Assembly: GCA_049325335.1 (NCBI GenBank)
Contig: JBMOMC010000007.1
Span: 64,001-128,000, forward strand
From: Nitrospirota bacterium
GTDB taxonomy: Bacteria > Nitrospirota > Nitrospiria > 2-01-FULL-66-17
DNA: 64,000 nucleotides
Direction of reading: 5' to 3'
The notes under the pieces are model-generated. The model did not search any database, was not told the DNA's origin, and saw nothing but the letters and a program-made list of their open reading frames with translations. Both the position numbers and the translations under genes were made by a program. Positions 49,562 to 57,679 of this stretch are shown piece after piece. The number at the start of each line of letters is the position of its first letter. Position 1 is the first letter of the stretch.

Positions 49562-49577
49562 TGCAACGTATAGGCCA
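49562..49577 (-). promoter_or_regulatory. Putative sigma54 (-24/-12) promoter
   Basis: Minus strand TGGCCT-ATACG-TTGCA with exact GG-N10-GC spacing, at the end of an AT-rich stretch upstream of the two secreted genes. Confidence 0.6.
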
Positions 49578-49749
49578 CCGGCAAGCAACAAATACGATTT
49601 CTTCAACCGCTCTGAAAAATCTATGAATTTCATGCTGTTCAGTTTGATCGGTGCTCTTGATGATGTCGAAGGCATCACTGAACTGGGCACAATGAGAAAA
49701 TGTTTTCCCTCTCGTCGCACTTTTTCCTGATCCGGTTCGCTTTGATGCG

Positions 49750-51081
49750 TCAGAAGTGAAAACTGAGCTCAAGGAGTCCCTCCCAGCCAGACAGTTCAAG
49801 CACCAGATTTGTTCGATCGCGGGCATCTTCTTGGATATCGCCGGTCGTGACGATTTCCGCGGACTCGACGGTCCGACCCTCTCGCGGCGGGAAAAATTGT
49901 TGCGGCAACGCGACGCCGGGGCGAATGGAGAGGGGTTCGGTCGGCGCTTGATTCGGAAACCCGCTCAGAAAATGTTTGGTCACCTTGAGTCGGCGAATCG
50001 TTCCCACGAGATAGTTGGCGCGGCCGCCGACCGAGAGCCATGAGGTGAGCGGGTAGTTTCCGCCGACCCCGAATCGCGCGGTGTATCCCCACCCGAACGA
50101 CTCATCCGAGCTGACCGACGCGAAGTTCAGCTCCGGATTGACCACGTTGACCAACGCGTCCATGGTCAACGTGGCCAAGGTCACGCCCACCAAACCCACG
50201 TTGGCATACACGCCGCGGCCCTGCGGTGTCCGGACCAGGTGATAGCGCCACTCCGCGAAGATCTGATCGAGCACCAGGTTGTAGCGGGCGGACCGCGGCA
50301 CCACGATCGAATCGACGTTGGAGCGCAAGAACAGGTTGATCCGGTCGCGGCCGAACGTCTCGGCACGCCAGCCGGACACGGACAACCCGAACGAGTGGGC
50401 GCCTCCGGCGTGATAGAACGCTTCCACCCCGTATAACAGGCCGCCGTTGAGGCCGTCGACCGCAATGTTGCGTTGTTCGAATCGAAACAGTTCATTGCGC
50501 GGCAACAAAAAATTGGGGTCTTGCAGCACGGTGAGGCGGGTGTCCCTGAGAATGCGATTCAACGTGCCCAGGCGCGGTCGGTAATACCCCGTGATCAAGG
50601 CGTACGACCAGGGGCTGGTGGGCGGCGTCACGGCCGGCCGGGCCGTGGACGGCGCGGGCGCCGGCGCGGCATCCTGAGCGGCGGGCTCGGCCCCGAGACC
50701 CGGAGCAGGAGCACCACCCGCTTCAGCGCCTGCCGGCGATCCCGTCTCCGACGGCGCGGCGACCAACGGCTCGTCCGGAATGGTCTCGGGCGGCGCGGGA
50801 ATGGGTTGGGCCGTCTCGACCGGCGGTGCGACCGACGTCGGGTCCGGTGGGGCGGTATCGGGAACCGCGTCGGGCGGGGGAGCCGACTCCGGCTCGCCGG
50901 AGGTCGGGAGGCCGGTGTCCGACGCCGGGGTCTGCTCGACGGAAGACTCGGTGTGCACCGGGTCCGCGGCACGCGGCGCGCTGTCTTGCGCCGCGGCGGT
51001 TCCCTGCCAAAGCAACGCGGCGAACACGACGGCCGCGAGCCGACGCCGCGCGCGAGCCGAGCGGTTCACGGCGCACACCAT
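49750..51081 (-). CDS. Outer-membrane beta-barrel protein with Pro/Ala-rich N-terminal linker
   Basis: Start trimmed to MVCAVN at 51081. Signal ...GTAAA/QD, about 120 aa of Pro-rich linker, amphipathic strands, and C-terminal LELSFHF. Confidence 0.7.
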   Translation of the reverse strand: MVCAVNRSARARRRLAAVVFAALLWQGTAAAQDSAPRAADPVHTESSVEQTPASDTGLPTSGEPESAPPPDAVPDTAPPDPTSVAPPVETAQPIPAPPETIPDEPLVAAPSETGSPAGAEAGGAPAPGLGAEPAAQDAAPAPAPSTARPAVTPPTSPWSYALITGYYRPRLGTLNRILRDTRLTVLQDPNFLLPRNELFRFEQRNIAVDGLNGGLLYGVEAFYHAGGAHSFGLSVSGWRAETFGRDRINLFLRSNVDSIVVPRSARYNLVLDQIFAEWRYHLVRTPQGRGVYANVGLVGVTLATLTMDALVNVVNPELNFASVSSDESFGWGYTARFGVGGNYPLTSWLSVGGRANYLVGTIRRLKVTKHFLSGFPNQAPTEPLSIRPGVALPQQFFPPREGRTVESAEIVTTGDIQEDARDRTNLVLELSGWEGLLELSFHF

Positions 51082-51098
51082 CCCGGCATGGGAGAGCG

Positions 51099-53597
51099 TC
51101 AGCTCCGGGCCGCGACCGGTTTGCCCACGCGCGCGCCCAGGATAAAGCTCGGCTGAAGCCCGGCGATCAGCAACGGCAGGATGATCAACGCGCCTAAGGC
51201 GCTGGTCGCCATGGCAATGGGCACCAGAATGCCTTCCATGTGCAGGTAATACCCGGAGAACGGCAGGGTGAGGTACCCCGCGGAGATCGCCACCGCCACG
51301 TAACAGATCGCCTTGCCCGAGGTCGTGATCGTCGCGCGCAACGCGGCGTCGAGCGCCAACGGAGACCGGCTGCTTCCCTCGATGATGTGATGGAACGTCG
51401 CCTGGCCCCCTGGTCGGCCTTGGTGCTCTTCGCGGAGCCGGAACAAAAAGTAAATGGCATAGTCCGCGCCCATGCCCACGGCCATGGCGGAAATGGCCGC
51501 GGTCCCGATTCCCAAGGTCACGCCCCCGAATCCCATGACCGCGAAGTTGACCACCACCGCCAAGCCCAATGGAATCAACACCAGGCACGCGCCCAGCAAC
51601 GAGCGCAGGACCACGGCCGACGCCACGAAAATGATCGCGCCGATCTGCACGATGTTTTCCAGCTTGCCGTCCACCATGGTCCGGTTGAGCGCCACCGTGA
51701 CCGGCGAGCTGCCGGCCACGCCCACCGTCACCCCCAGCCGCTCGAACGTCGCACGCTGCGCGTCCACCACGGCGATGAGTTGTTCGGCCAACGCGGTGGA
51801 GTCGGTTTTCAGAAAACTCCAGATCACGGCGCGGCGGTACCGATAGTCGATCAGCCGCGCGAAATCCGCGGGGTTCCCGGAGATCGAATACAGGAACAAA
51901 AAGTTAGACACCTCGCCGTCGTCAGCCGGAATGCGGTCGAATTCAGGCTGGTCCCCGTGAAACGTCCGATTCATTTTCCGGAGATAATCCACGAACGATT
52001 CGGTCTTGCCCACGCCGGGCACGGCCGCGATGCGCTGCTGCAGGTCCGCGACCGCCGCCACCACGTCGGCGCGTTTGAGCGCGTCTTGCTCCCGCCCTTC
52101 CACCATCACGTAAAACGTGGACGTGCCCCCGAAGTGCGTGTTGAGCGCGCGCTCGTCGATGCGCAAGCGGGTGGATTCGAAAAATTGGTTCTTCAGGCTG
52201 TTGTTGACCACCACCCGGGACGCGCCCACCGTGCTCACGGCCGCCACCACCGCCACGCCCAGCGCCACCCACGCGCGGCGGTTCCCGGTCACCACGTCCG
52301 CCAGCCGCGCCAACAGCCGGTCCAGCCCGTCGCGAACCGCGGCGGTGACGCTCGGCGGGCGCAACAACGACCGCAGCGCCGGAATGAACGTCAACTCCAA
52401 CACCAAGGCGCTCATGATCCCGAACGCGGTCAACAACCCGAACGCGCGAAAGGTCTTGAGGTGAAACGTGACCAGCGAGGCAAAACTGGCGGCCGCGACC
52501 AGGCCCGCGGTGATCATCACCGGCGCCATCTTGGCCGTGGCTTCGATCACGGCCTGCCGGTTGTCGCGGCCAGCCGCGAGTTCCTCGTAATACCGCTTGA
52601 GAATCTGGATGGCGTGGCCCGCGGCGATCGCCATGATCAAGATCGGGGTCATGGTGTTGAACGGGTCCATCGGAATCCGGAACGTGCCCATGAGCCCGAG
52701 CGCCCACACCACGGAAATGAGCGCCGTGGCCAAGGGCAGGGCCATGCCTTGCAGACTGCGGAAGGCCCAGTACAACACCCCCATCATGATCACCAGCGAA
52801 ATCGGGAACAGGTACACAATCCGCTTGGAATCGGCTTCCAAATACGAGAGCGCAATGGGCAACCCGCCAATGTGCACATCCACGTCGTTTCCGGCCGCGC
52901 GCGCAATCACGTCGTCCAACGCGCGCCGAATCTGCTCATCCCCCATCCGAAAGCCGAACGCGGTCTGGATCGCGCCGCGACTGCCGCCGAACCAGGATTC
53001 GCTGGCCCAATCATCCGAATTTTTGGGCCACTCCTGGGGCGTGCCGCTCGGTTGCGCCGGTTTGTCCTGCCAGGTGGGGACCCACTCGCGATAGTCGGTG
53101 ATGATCGCGGCGGCGCGTCCGTCTGCGGACACCAGGCCGTTCACGTACAGATCGTTCGACATCACGCGACGCCGGAACGCTTCCGCCTCCTCGGGCGTGG
53201 TCGGGACCTCGGGCATCAGGCGTTCGACCTTGATCGACTCGCCGTCCGCGGTCACGAACTTGACCTTACGATCCGTCAGGCTGACCACGTTTTCTTCTTT
53301 GATCCCGGGGATCTTTTTGACTTCGTCGGTGAGGGTTTTAAGCGTGGCCAAGTGTTGCGGCGTAAAGATGTCCCCGTGTTTGGGGACCACGCCCACAACC
53401 ACCACGCGACTGCCGCCGAAGACCTCTTCGATGACGTTATTGAGTTGGACGTACGGGTGTTGTTGGGGCAGGATGGTCTTGGGGTCGATGACCATCCGCA
53501 CCTTCGCCATTTGCACGGCAAACAGGACGGTCAACGCAGCCGTGGCGCACAACACCCACCACGGACGGCGGACGACGAATTCGATCGCTCGTCTCAT
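51099..53597 (-). CDS. MMPL/RND superfamily exporter
   Basis: Two repeats of TM, periplasmic domain and 5 TMs. IAAGHAIQILKRY and GMGADYAIYFLFRLREE motifs. Confidence 0.9.
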   Translation of the reverse strand: MRRAIEFVVRRPWWVLCATAALTVLFAVQMAKVRMVIDPKTILPQQHPYVQLNNVIEEVFGGSRVVVVGVVPKHGDIFTPQHLATLKTLTDEVKKIPGIKEENVVSLTDRKVKFVTADGESIKVERLMPEVPTTPEEAEAFRRRVMSNDLYVNGLVSADGRAAAIITDYREWVPTWQDKPAQPSGTPQEWPKNSDDWASESWFGGSRGAIQTAFGFRMGDEQIRRALDDVIARAAGNDVDVHIGGLPIALSYLEADSKRIVYLFPISLVIMMGVLYWAFRSLQGMALPLATALISVVWALGLMGTFRIPMDPFNTMTPILIMAIAAGHAIQILKRYYEELAAGRDNRQAVIEATAKMAPVMITAGLVAAASFASLVTFHLKTFRAFGLLTAFGIMSALVLELTFIPALRSLLRPPSVTAAVRDGLDRLLARLADVVTGNRRAWVALGVAVVAAVSTVGASRVVVNNSLKNQFFESTRLRIDERALNTHFGGTSTFYVMVEGREQDALKRADVVAAVADLQQRIAAVPGVGKTESFVDYLRKMNRTFHGDQPEFDRIPADDGEVSNFLFLYSISGNPADFARLIDYRYRRAVIWSFLKTDSTALAEQLIAVVDAQRATFERLGVTVGVAGSSPVTVALNRTMVDGKLENIVQIGAIIFVASAVVLRSLLGACLVLIPLGLAVVVNFAVMGFGGVTLGIGTAAISAMAVGMGADYAIYFLFRLREEHQGRPGGQATFHHIIEGSSRSPLALDAALRATITTSGKAICYVAVAISAGYLTLPFSGYYLHMEGILVPIAMATSALGALIILPLLIAGLQPSFILGARVGKPVAARS

Positions 53598-53691
53598 AGA
53601 TCCCTCCCACCAGACCGTGGAAGGTTCTCCAACATTCCCGGCAGGAGCCCGTTAGCCGTCACCACTCGGCTCCTGACCAGGGCATGAAACA

Positions 53692-53731
53692 GCCACCCCC
53701 GTCCCACGTGAGGGGCGGGGGTGGCGTTCGG
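53692..53731 (-). terminator. GC-rich hairpin between the LolA-like and MMPL genes (terminator or stabiliser)
   Basis: Minus strand GCCACCCCCGCCCC-TCACGT-GGGACGGGGGTGGC (stem 53692-53725) followed by only a short T-rich tail (TGTTTC). Confidence 0.4.
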
Positions 53732-53757
53732 CATGTGGCGCCGTGACGTGACCCAAT

Positions 53758-54564
53758 CTATCGTCGGGGGCCGCTCCGGACCGCGCGGTCGGTAAAATCG
53801 TCGTCGGTTAATCCCACGTTGTTCTTCAGGTCGCTGATCTCGAATAAGGTCTTGTGCTCGGTCTGCACGTTTTTGACCTCCGAGCGCTTCCAGGCCCACA
53901 CGTCGTTGGGACGCTGCCATTCGATCACCTGGGTCTTGAGCAGGTCTCCCTTGCGGTCATAGTAGTCGACCCGCACCGGGTTGAACGCCGTGGTCGGCAC
54001 CCAGGTGAGCTTCTTGCCGTACAGACTCTCCTTGTCCTTCGGCACGCTTTGCACCACGTAGCAATCACCCGGCGGCGCTCCGCACTGCTCCGCGCGCACC
54101 ACCGTGTGTTCATCCTCGGTAAGCTCCCGTTGTCCCAAATCCGCGAACGTGATGTCCGAGCCCATGAAGGCGTCATCCTGCTCGCGGGTGGTCATGCGGC
54201 GAATCTGTTTCAGGCTCGGCAGATACAACCGCAGATCATCGGGTTGTCCGGCTTTACTGTAGTCCCAGATCAAAAAGCCCACCCCGCGCTGATCCGGCGG
54301 AAACTCGGTGGCGAACAAGGTTTTGCTGTCGAACCCGTCTTTGCCCGCGTACGACTTCCAATACCGCTTGGTCACGATTTTCTGCTCGTCGCCCCGCTTG
54401 TCGATCTTGCGCAACGTGACCGTGGACACCTGATCGTTCGCCGTGTACAGCTCCCTGGTCTTTTTCATCACGTCGAACCCGGACAACTCGGCCGCCCCCG
54501 CGCCCGAAATCCCAGCGGCCGCGAGCATGCCGCCGACCGCCGCCCCGATCAAGAATCGCCGCAT
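53758..54564 (-). CDS. Outer-membrane lipoprotein-sorting (LolA-like/DUF1329-related) protein
   Basis: Signal peptide, RGVGFLIWDY, LYLPSLKQIRR, AFMGSDITFADL and YYDRKGDLLK motifs. Start trimmed to ATG 54564. Confidence 0.85.
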   Translation of the reverse strand: MRRFLIGAAVGGMLAAAGISGAGAAELSGFDVMKKTRELYTANDQVSTVTLRKIDKRGDEQKIVTKRYWKSYAGKDGFDSKTLFATEFPPDQRGVGFLIWDYSKAGQPDDLRLYLPSLKQIRRMTTREQDDAFMGSDITFADLGQRELTEDEHTVVRAEQCGAPPGDCYVVQSVPKDKESLYGKKLTWVPTTAFNPVRVDYYDRKGDLLKTQVIEWQRPNDVWAWKRSEVKNVQTEHKTLFEISDLKNNVGLTDDDFTDRAVRSGPRR

Positions 54565-54584
54565 CGCCGTTCTCCTCCCCACGC

Positions 54585-55652
54585 TCACAACGGTTTGAGC
54601 CCGGTGAGCACCGTAAAGGGACTCACGGCCGGCATCGGAACCCGCTTGATCTTGGTGAACCCGGACGCGGCCAGCCACTCCCCGACTTCCCGCGACGAGT
54701 GGGCCGCTCCGCCCGGCGTGTGGAGCAACTGATTGACCCCGATCATCGCGGAGAGCACAGGCCCGGATTTCTCGTCGTTGAGCATTTGATCCTGCACGAT
54801 CACAAGGCCTCCGGGCGTGAGCGCCTGATAGGCCTTACGGAAAATCTCTTGGATCACGGCGGGGGATTCCTGGTTGAGCATCGAGGAGAGCAGGGCCACG
54901 TCGTACCCCTGCCCGAAGGCGTCGCTCAAATAGTCCGCGGGTTTGGTTTCGACCCGGCCAGTCATCTGGTAACTCGCGACAATTTCGCGCGTGACGGCCA
55001 AGGTCTGCGGGCGATCGAGCACGGTCGCCGACAAGCCCTTATTGGCCTTGCAAAACATGATGGGAAACGTCCCGGGTCCGCCCGCGATGTCCACCAGGTG
55101 CGACCGGCCTTTGAGGGAGATCTTCTTCGCCAGCAGTTGCGCCTGCGCCACGCCGCGGTAGTGCATCCCATAAATGTAGGTGCGGGTCGCCTCCTCCCCT
55201 TGATCGTGCGGCTTCTGCACCGGCGGTTTCCCGGTCATCACCGCGTCGATCAACTTGCCCCACGTGGGGTACCAGTCCTCGAACATCGAGACGATTCCGC
55301 CCTGATACCGCGGGCTGGTCTTGACCAAGAAGGTATTGGCCAGCGGACTATTGCGGTACCGGTCGTGGGCGCGCTCCAATAATCCGAGCGACGTGGCGGC
55401 GATCAGCACGATCTCCAGGCCGCGCGGGTCCGCGCCGATCTCGCGCGCGAGTTCCTCGGCGGACATACTCTTGCCGGCCAGACGATTGAACACATCCAGC
55501 CGATTCGCGACGTGCAGCACTTTGGAGTGCCAGTACGCGGAACTGATCCGCGCAACCGTCATGGGGTCAAGCGTTTTCGCGGTGGGACGCTTGCGCGCCG
55601 CGCGCCGCCCTGCCGATTTACCGTGTGTCGCTTTCGCCGTCACTTTCGCCAT
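54585..55652 (-). CDS. SAM-dependent O-methyltransferase (Methyltransf_2 plus dimerisation domain, BchU/CrtF-like)
   Basis: Winged-helix dimerisation N-terminus (SAEELAREIG...YRNSPLA), LVDIAGGPG and ALTPGG motifs. GAGGAGG RBS. Confidence 0.9.
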   Translation of the reverse strand: MAKVTAKATHGKSAGRRAARKRPTAKTLDPMTVARISSAYWHSKVLHVANRLDVFNRLAGKSMSAEELAREIGADPRGLEIVLIAATSLGLLERAHDRYRNSPLANTFLVKTSPRYQGGIVSMFEDWYPTWGKLIDAVMTGKPPVQKPHDQGEEATRTYIYGMHYRGVAQAQLLAKKISLKGRSHLVDIAGGPGTFPIMFCKANKGLSATVLDRPQTLAVTREIVASYQMTGRVETKPADYLSDAFGQGYDVALLSSMLNQESPAVIQEIFRKAYQALTPGGLVIVQDQMLNDEKSGPVLSAMIGVNQLLHTPGGAAHSSREVGEWLAASGFTKIKRVPMPAVSPFTVLTGLKPL

Positions 55653-55784
55653 CGTGCCTCCTCAACAGCGGGTCATGTGTACGCCGTTACTTCCCGTGAA
55701 CGCCTCATCGCGCGCGGACCATCGCGATACCGGCGCACAGTATACTCGAAATCAACGACTTCCTCACCAGCGGCGTTCCGATCG

Positions 55785-57170
55785 TTAGAACATCAGATCA
55801 AGCGCCGCGGTAAACCGGTTGTCGATCTGGTCGTTGCCGTCAAAACTGGTGGCCTCCGTCTTGGAATGACTGTACTCGCCGTGCAGGATCAGCGCGACAC
55901 GGTTTGTCTCCATCCAGTCATAACGCACCGCCCAGGTGACGCCATCGAGGTCGCCCGTGTGCGAGTCGGTGGTTGCGTCGCCCTGGTCTAAGTTCCGGAT
56001 GATATCGTAGCGGAGGGCCCACAGCAGCGACCAGTCGGCCAAGAGGTCGTATTGGAGTTCGAGAAATCCGCCCCAAAACGACGCGTCCTGAGGATCGCTG
56101 CCCCCGAATAATCCGGCGCTGTCTCTGCCGTACGCCACGAGCGTGAACAGGCGAAGCGGCGCGGACCGAATGTCGCCGTCAACCCCGATCCGATAGAATG
56201 GATGATTGGATTGCCCGGTCCCGGGAATGGGCTCAGCGGTCGGCGTAAACTGCGCATTCGCGGAAGCCGTCCCCCAGTACAGAAACCCGCCGGCATGACT
56301 CCGCTCAACCGGTTGGTACACTCGCAGGTAATAATCGAGCGCCTTGTTGCTGTCGGCGCGGCCGTTCGTCCCGTTGATCAGCGCCAACGAATAGGCGAGG
56401 CCCCCCGGCGCCCGGCCCGAGACTTCCGCCCCACGCTGCGCGCGGCTCCAATCCAACGTGGTCTCGGGATCGTCGGCCGCCGCGCTGCCGGTCGGGAAAT
56501 AACCATAGATGGGAATGGCGACCTGCCGCCCGGAGACCGACGCGGTGGAGAGCGAATGCCGTCGATACTGCGACATGGGCACATCGAGTTCAAACGCCCC
56601 GAACTTCATGTTGATCTTTAACGATGAGCCGATCGCGATGTCGTTCACCCTGACCCATGCGGAGTCCAATTCACCGGCCTGTCCCTCAGCCGTCCACAGA
56701 TCCGCGTTCGACACCTCCGGCCGATACCTGACAAAAAAGTTCGTGTTCCGAGCCAACGGACCTCCCAACAACACCTCCAGGCGCTCGGTTCCAAAGGTTC
56801 TGGTTTGAACCTTGGCGTCACCAAGATCCGTATCCTGGTTGTCGCGGGAGCGGTAGCTGTACCCGAAAATCGTCCGAGCGCTGAGCGGCCAATCGGCGCG
56901 GTCAACGCCCGCCGGCGGATCCGTCGCACCCGGTTCCGGCGTCGGCTCCGTCCCGGGTTGCGTAGGCCCGACCAGGCGATGGCCGTTGACCCGGAATGCT
57001 TCGCCCGCGTCATTGAGCGCCGGAGGAATCGTGTGGCAGTGCCGACAGGGTACGTTAAGTGTTCTCGTGAAGGCGGGAATCGCTCCGGCTTCGGACCGCC
57101 ACCCGTCGGCCAACACGCCCACGATCACCACGCCTAGGAACCACGTCCACCCGCTGCGTCGCACCGCCAT
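55785..57170 (-). CDS. Cyc2-like monoheme cytochrome c-porin fusion
   Basis: Signal peptide, then AIPAFTRTLNVPCRHCHTIPPALNDAGEAFRVNGH, which matches the Cyc2 N-terminal pattern AxPxFAR...CxxCH...PxL. Porin-like body ending ALDLMF. Confidence 0.8.
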   Translation of the reverse strand: MAVRRSGWTWFLGVVIVGVLADGWRSEAGAIPAFTRTLNVPCRHCHTIPPALNDAGEAFRVNGHRLVGPTQPGTEPTPEPGATDPPAGVDRADWPLSARTIFGYSYRSRDNQDTDLGDAKVQTRTFGTERLEVLLGGPLARNTNFFVRYRPEVSNADLWTAEGQAGELDSAWVRVNDIAIGSSLKINMKFGAFELDVPMSQYRRHSLSTASVSGRQVAIPIYGYFPTGSAAADDPETTLDWSRAQRGAEVSGRAPGGLAYSLALINGTNGRADSNKALDYYLRVYQPVERSHAGGFLYWGTASANAQFTPTAEPIPGTGQSNHPFYRIGVDGDIRSAPLRLFTLVAYGRDSAGLFGGSDPQDASFWGGFLELQYDLLADWSLLWALRYDIIRNLDQGDATTDSHTGDLDGVTWAVRYDWMETNRVALILHGEYSHSKTEATSFDGNDQIDNRFTAALDLMF

Positions 57171-57226
57171 ACCGATTCTGCCTCCCTGCCCCGTCACCGA
57201 ACGAATCCGTGCCCTGTTGGTCGCGC

Positions 57227-57255
57227 GGAGGGGCGTTCACGGTGAACGCCCCTCC
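57227..57255. repeat. Perfect 14-bp inverted repeat (intergenic hairpin)
   Basis: GGAGGGGCGTTCAC-G-GTGAACGCCCCTCC between the ferritin-like and Cyc2-like genes, with no T-tail. Confidence 0.8.
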
Positions 57256-57295
57256 GAACATTCCGACGACCGCGCGTCAAGCCGCGACGCATCAG

Positions 57296-57637
57296 TCAGT
57301 GATGGTGCGCGTGATCCGAGTCGTGCGCGTGGTCCCCTTCGTGGCCATGATCCTCGTCGTGCCCGTGTCCGGCCGCAGCCTTCTGCCCGGCGTCCAGCTT
57401 GCCGATAAACTCCATCAGCGTGGCGACCGCGTGTTTGTGTTCGTCGCGGATGTGGCCCAATACGTGGACCACGTCATCGACACCAGGAAAGTCCTCACTC
57501 GCGATGACAGGGATTTGCCCGTCATACTTATTGATCATCTTTAACTCTTCGATGAGGTCGTCCCGCAGGTCGGCGACCGCTTTGTCCACGTCGCTGCGAA
57601 CGCCGTGGGCGTGACCATTACTGTGTGTGTTGCACAT
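57296..57637 (-). CDS. Small ferritin-like (EncFtn-type two-helix) protein with His-rich termini
   Basis: LIEELKMINKY...HIRDEHKHAVATLMEFI core and C-tail GHGHDEDHGHEGDHAHDSDHAHHH. GAGGAGG RBS. Confidence 0.7.
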   Translation of the reverse strand: MCNTHSNGHAHGVRSDVDKAVADLRDDLIEELKMINKYDGQIPVIASEDFPGVDDVVHVLGHIRDEHKHAVATLMEFIGKLDAGQKAAAGHGHDEDHGHEGDHAHDSDHAHHH

Positions 57638-57679
57638 CCGACACCTCCTCGTGAGAAGAAATCCGCGGGTACGCCCGCG

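Noticed and set aside
51240..53687. Long plus-strand ORFs (also 41773-43359, 37741-39513, 21942-23453, 24122-25516, 58350-59837, 28933-30213)
   Set aside because: Antisense shadows of well-supported minus-strand genes, expected in high-GC DNA. They have no recognisable motifs.
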